Part shown: positions 62,050 through 64,000 of the stretch, piece after piece
Numbering within the stretch: position 1 is the stretch's first letter
Layout: every line of letters begins with the position of its first letter
Assembly: GCA_973895155.1 (NCBI GenBank)
Contig: OZ316895.1
Location: 6,158,687-6,222,686 of the forward strand
Direction: 5' to 3'
DNA: 64,000 nt
Origin: Marsupella aquatica
Taxonomy: Eukaryota; Plantae; Marchantiophyta
Position numbers and translations under genes: made by a program
The notes under the pieces: model-generated
What the model saw: only the letters and a program-made list of their open reading frames with translations
Told to the model about the DNA's origin: nothing
Database searches by the model: none

Positions 62050-62880
62050 TTAGTCCATTTGAGTTTCAACTTCAAGCATCTCTTGTTGGCCAGTAAAAAT
62101 GCAAACATGTTCTTTTTGGGGCTTGAAATCGTAAAAGTATGGAACCATCAGTAGAGATTTCTTTCAGCATTGTAAGGGTAGCCAGGGGTACCCAAGACCC
62201 TACACAACAGACCCTATCCAGAGGAATATTTGAACTAGTGTCCCAAACTGGAAAACCACTTCTCTCCTCACCACACAGCCATATACCCTCCACACTCCTA
62301 TGTGTAGGGTTGTGAAGGGTCTTGGGTACCCCTACACAACCCAGGATCCAACAAAGAGCCTTTCCTGGGTCCTAAATCTTCCCCTCTTTCTTGTGTGAGC
62401 TCTGAAGCATTGTTTCTTGTAACTCCATGCAGGTTTCATTGGTCCATCCAATCGCCTTGTGAACCCTCCAAATCTATAAGACTTCCAGTCCTCCCAAGCA
62501 TCTAGTCAGATGTTGTAATTTATGAGAGCTTTGGTTCAATTTCAAAAAGAATCTTTCCCGGTATTAATTTTCCACTCCCACGTCTCTTGTTCTTACGTTT
62601 TAAATTCCTCGTACCAATTCCTATATAGTATCCTCCTTGACTTGTTGTCTTTGCCTTTAGTTTCCTTTTTCTTTCCATTGCTATCCAGAGACCACAATGT
62701 TTGACACGCTCCTTGGGTGGACAGACGAAACTGTATAGACCGTCTTGAAATGCTACTTTTATTACTTTCATAGCGCCTTTTCTTAGGTGTCAACAAGTGT
62801 TTGGTGAATTGAAATCCGTAGAGCAATTGTGGTGGTCCATACCAGTATCAACTGTCCATTATTGTGTGCTTTTCCTTCAA
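62050..62880 (-). mobile_element. Possible decayed LINE ORF2 fragment
   Basis: The minus strand reads LQHLTRCLGGLEVL*IW near 62470-62520 (GGLG-like). Short broken ORFs; weak evidence. Confidence 0.3.
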
Positions 62881-64000
62881 GAATATAAATCTAACGTCTA
62901 ACATTACAATGGGAAATCACCTGAGTGGGGCCTAGTTGTCAGCTCAGGTGGCCAAGGGTGACTTGTGACCAGCAAGTTTGAGCCCACACACTTCCATGTA
63001 TGGGTTCTGTGCCAAATTTCTTATGGCGTCAAAGCTCTAGGCGCTTGTGGTAGATGCAGGAATTATATTAAAAAAAGGGAAATAACCCACGTATTTAGTT
63101 CCTTGCCTGCACAGAGAGGCGTGACACAACTTTGAGAATTTGACCCTACAACCCCGATTTTGCAAGTCTGACATCCATGGAAAAACAGCTGCAAGTTCTA
63201 GTCCCACCTTTTTCAATTTGTATGTTGATCACTCTTGCCTCCTTAAGTGTTAAAACATGAAAAAGGTCATAATAGCAGTTAGATTATAATCACTCATGGT
63301 ACAACCAGACTCTTTTACAAACCAGCAGGGAATTAATTACTATCAACCCCAGAACACAGCTATGGTTGGAAATGGGTTAAGAATTTCAGTGAATGCAACC
63401 ATTTGAGGCTATGATGCAGAGTAGCCCTTACTTGCAACTTTAACCACTGTCCAAATGTATGTGGGGTGAACTATTGCGAAAGAATGGGTACAGCAATTGT
63501 GTTGAATTGAATTATGTTTAGAATATTTCAGTCTGGACTCCAGCATTGTAAACCCCATGCTGTTCTCCTACATCAAGGACCTTCAAAATTTATTTTATAA
63601 AGAAAATCTTCAAATAGGGCTTGACCAAACATAAAGTACCTTCAAGCATTTATTTTGAACAATACTCTCAAGGGATTGCTTTACATTACATTGATTCGTC
63701 TGAGTGATCTGCAAATCCCCACTTCTTGTTTCCTTTATGATTGTAAGGGCTTTATAACTACACTGTCTAATCATCTAATTCACATCCAATTCATTAAAAG
63801 TGACAAAACAAAAAAGCACACAGAATCTATTATCATAAAATTTCTCTACCCTTAGGAATCCTGTAAATAAATCAACCCCCACCGCCCCTTCGGGCTATCA
63901 CCTTAGGGCAGGAACTTTTCCCCAAAATTCCCTTTTGCAAGAACACTTCATTCAAGTATATAATTCCAATTGAAAGCTACTCTTCAAGGTTTACACTCTA

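Overview
Eukaryotic land-plant genomic DNA. GT-AG introns, GDSL lipases and a non-chromovirus Ty3/gypsy element point to a plant; a non-seed plant is plausible but not proven. Main contents: (1) three intact five-exon secreted GDSL esterase/lipase genes: A (minus, 30171-32629, with an unusual Ser/Pro/Asp-rich insert), B (plus, 34143-36039, head-to-head with A) and C (plus, 45081-46915). (2) A scrambled pseudogene copy of the A/B pair at 1-2310, containing a 74-bp-stem fold-back made from the last GDSL exon, which looks like a young miRNA or hairpin-RNA locus. (3) A full-length 13.8-kb Ty3/gypsy retrotransposon (12855-26623, TSD ATTGA) with ~3.85-kb LTRs. Each LTR carries a large sense-strand accessory ORF: about 750 open codons in the two-LTR consensus, possibly ~909 aa ancestrally. 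It lies upstream of the putative TATA box, so probably in U3. This LTR-embedded gene is the most unusual feature. (4) A TA-flanked TIR element (59375-60940), MITE-like fold-backs, decayed LINE and integrase relics, and many small tandem duplications. All coordinates and alignments were read by eye and no database search was run, so family and domain assignments need confirmation.
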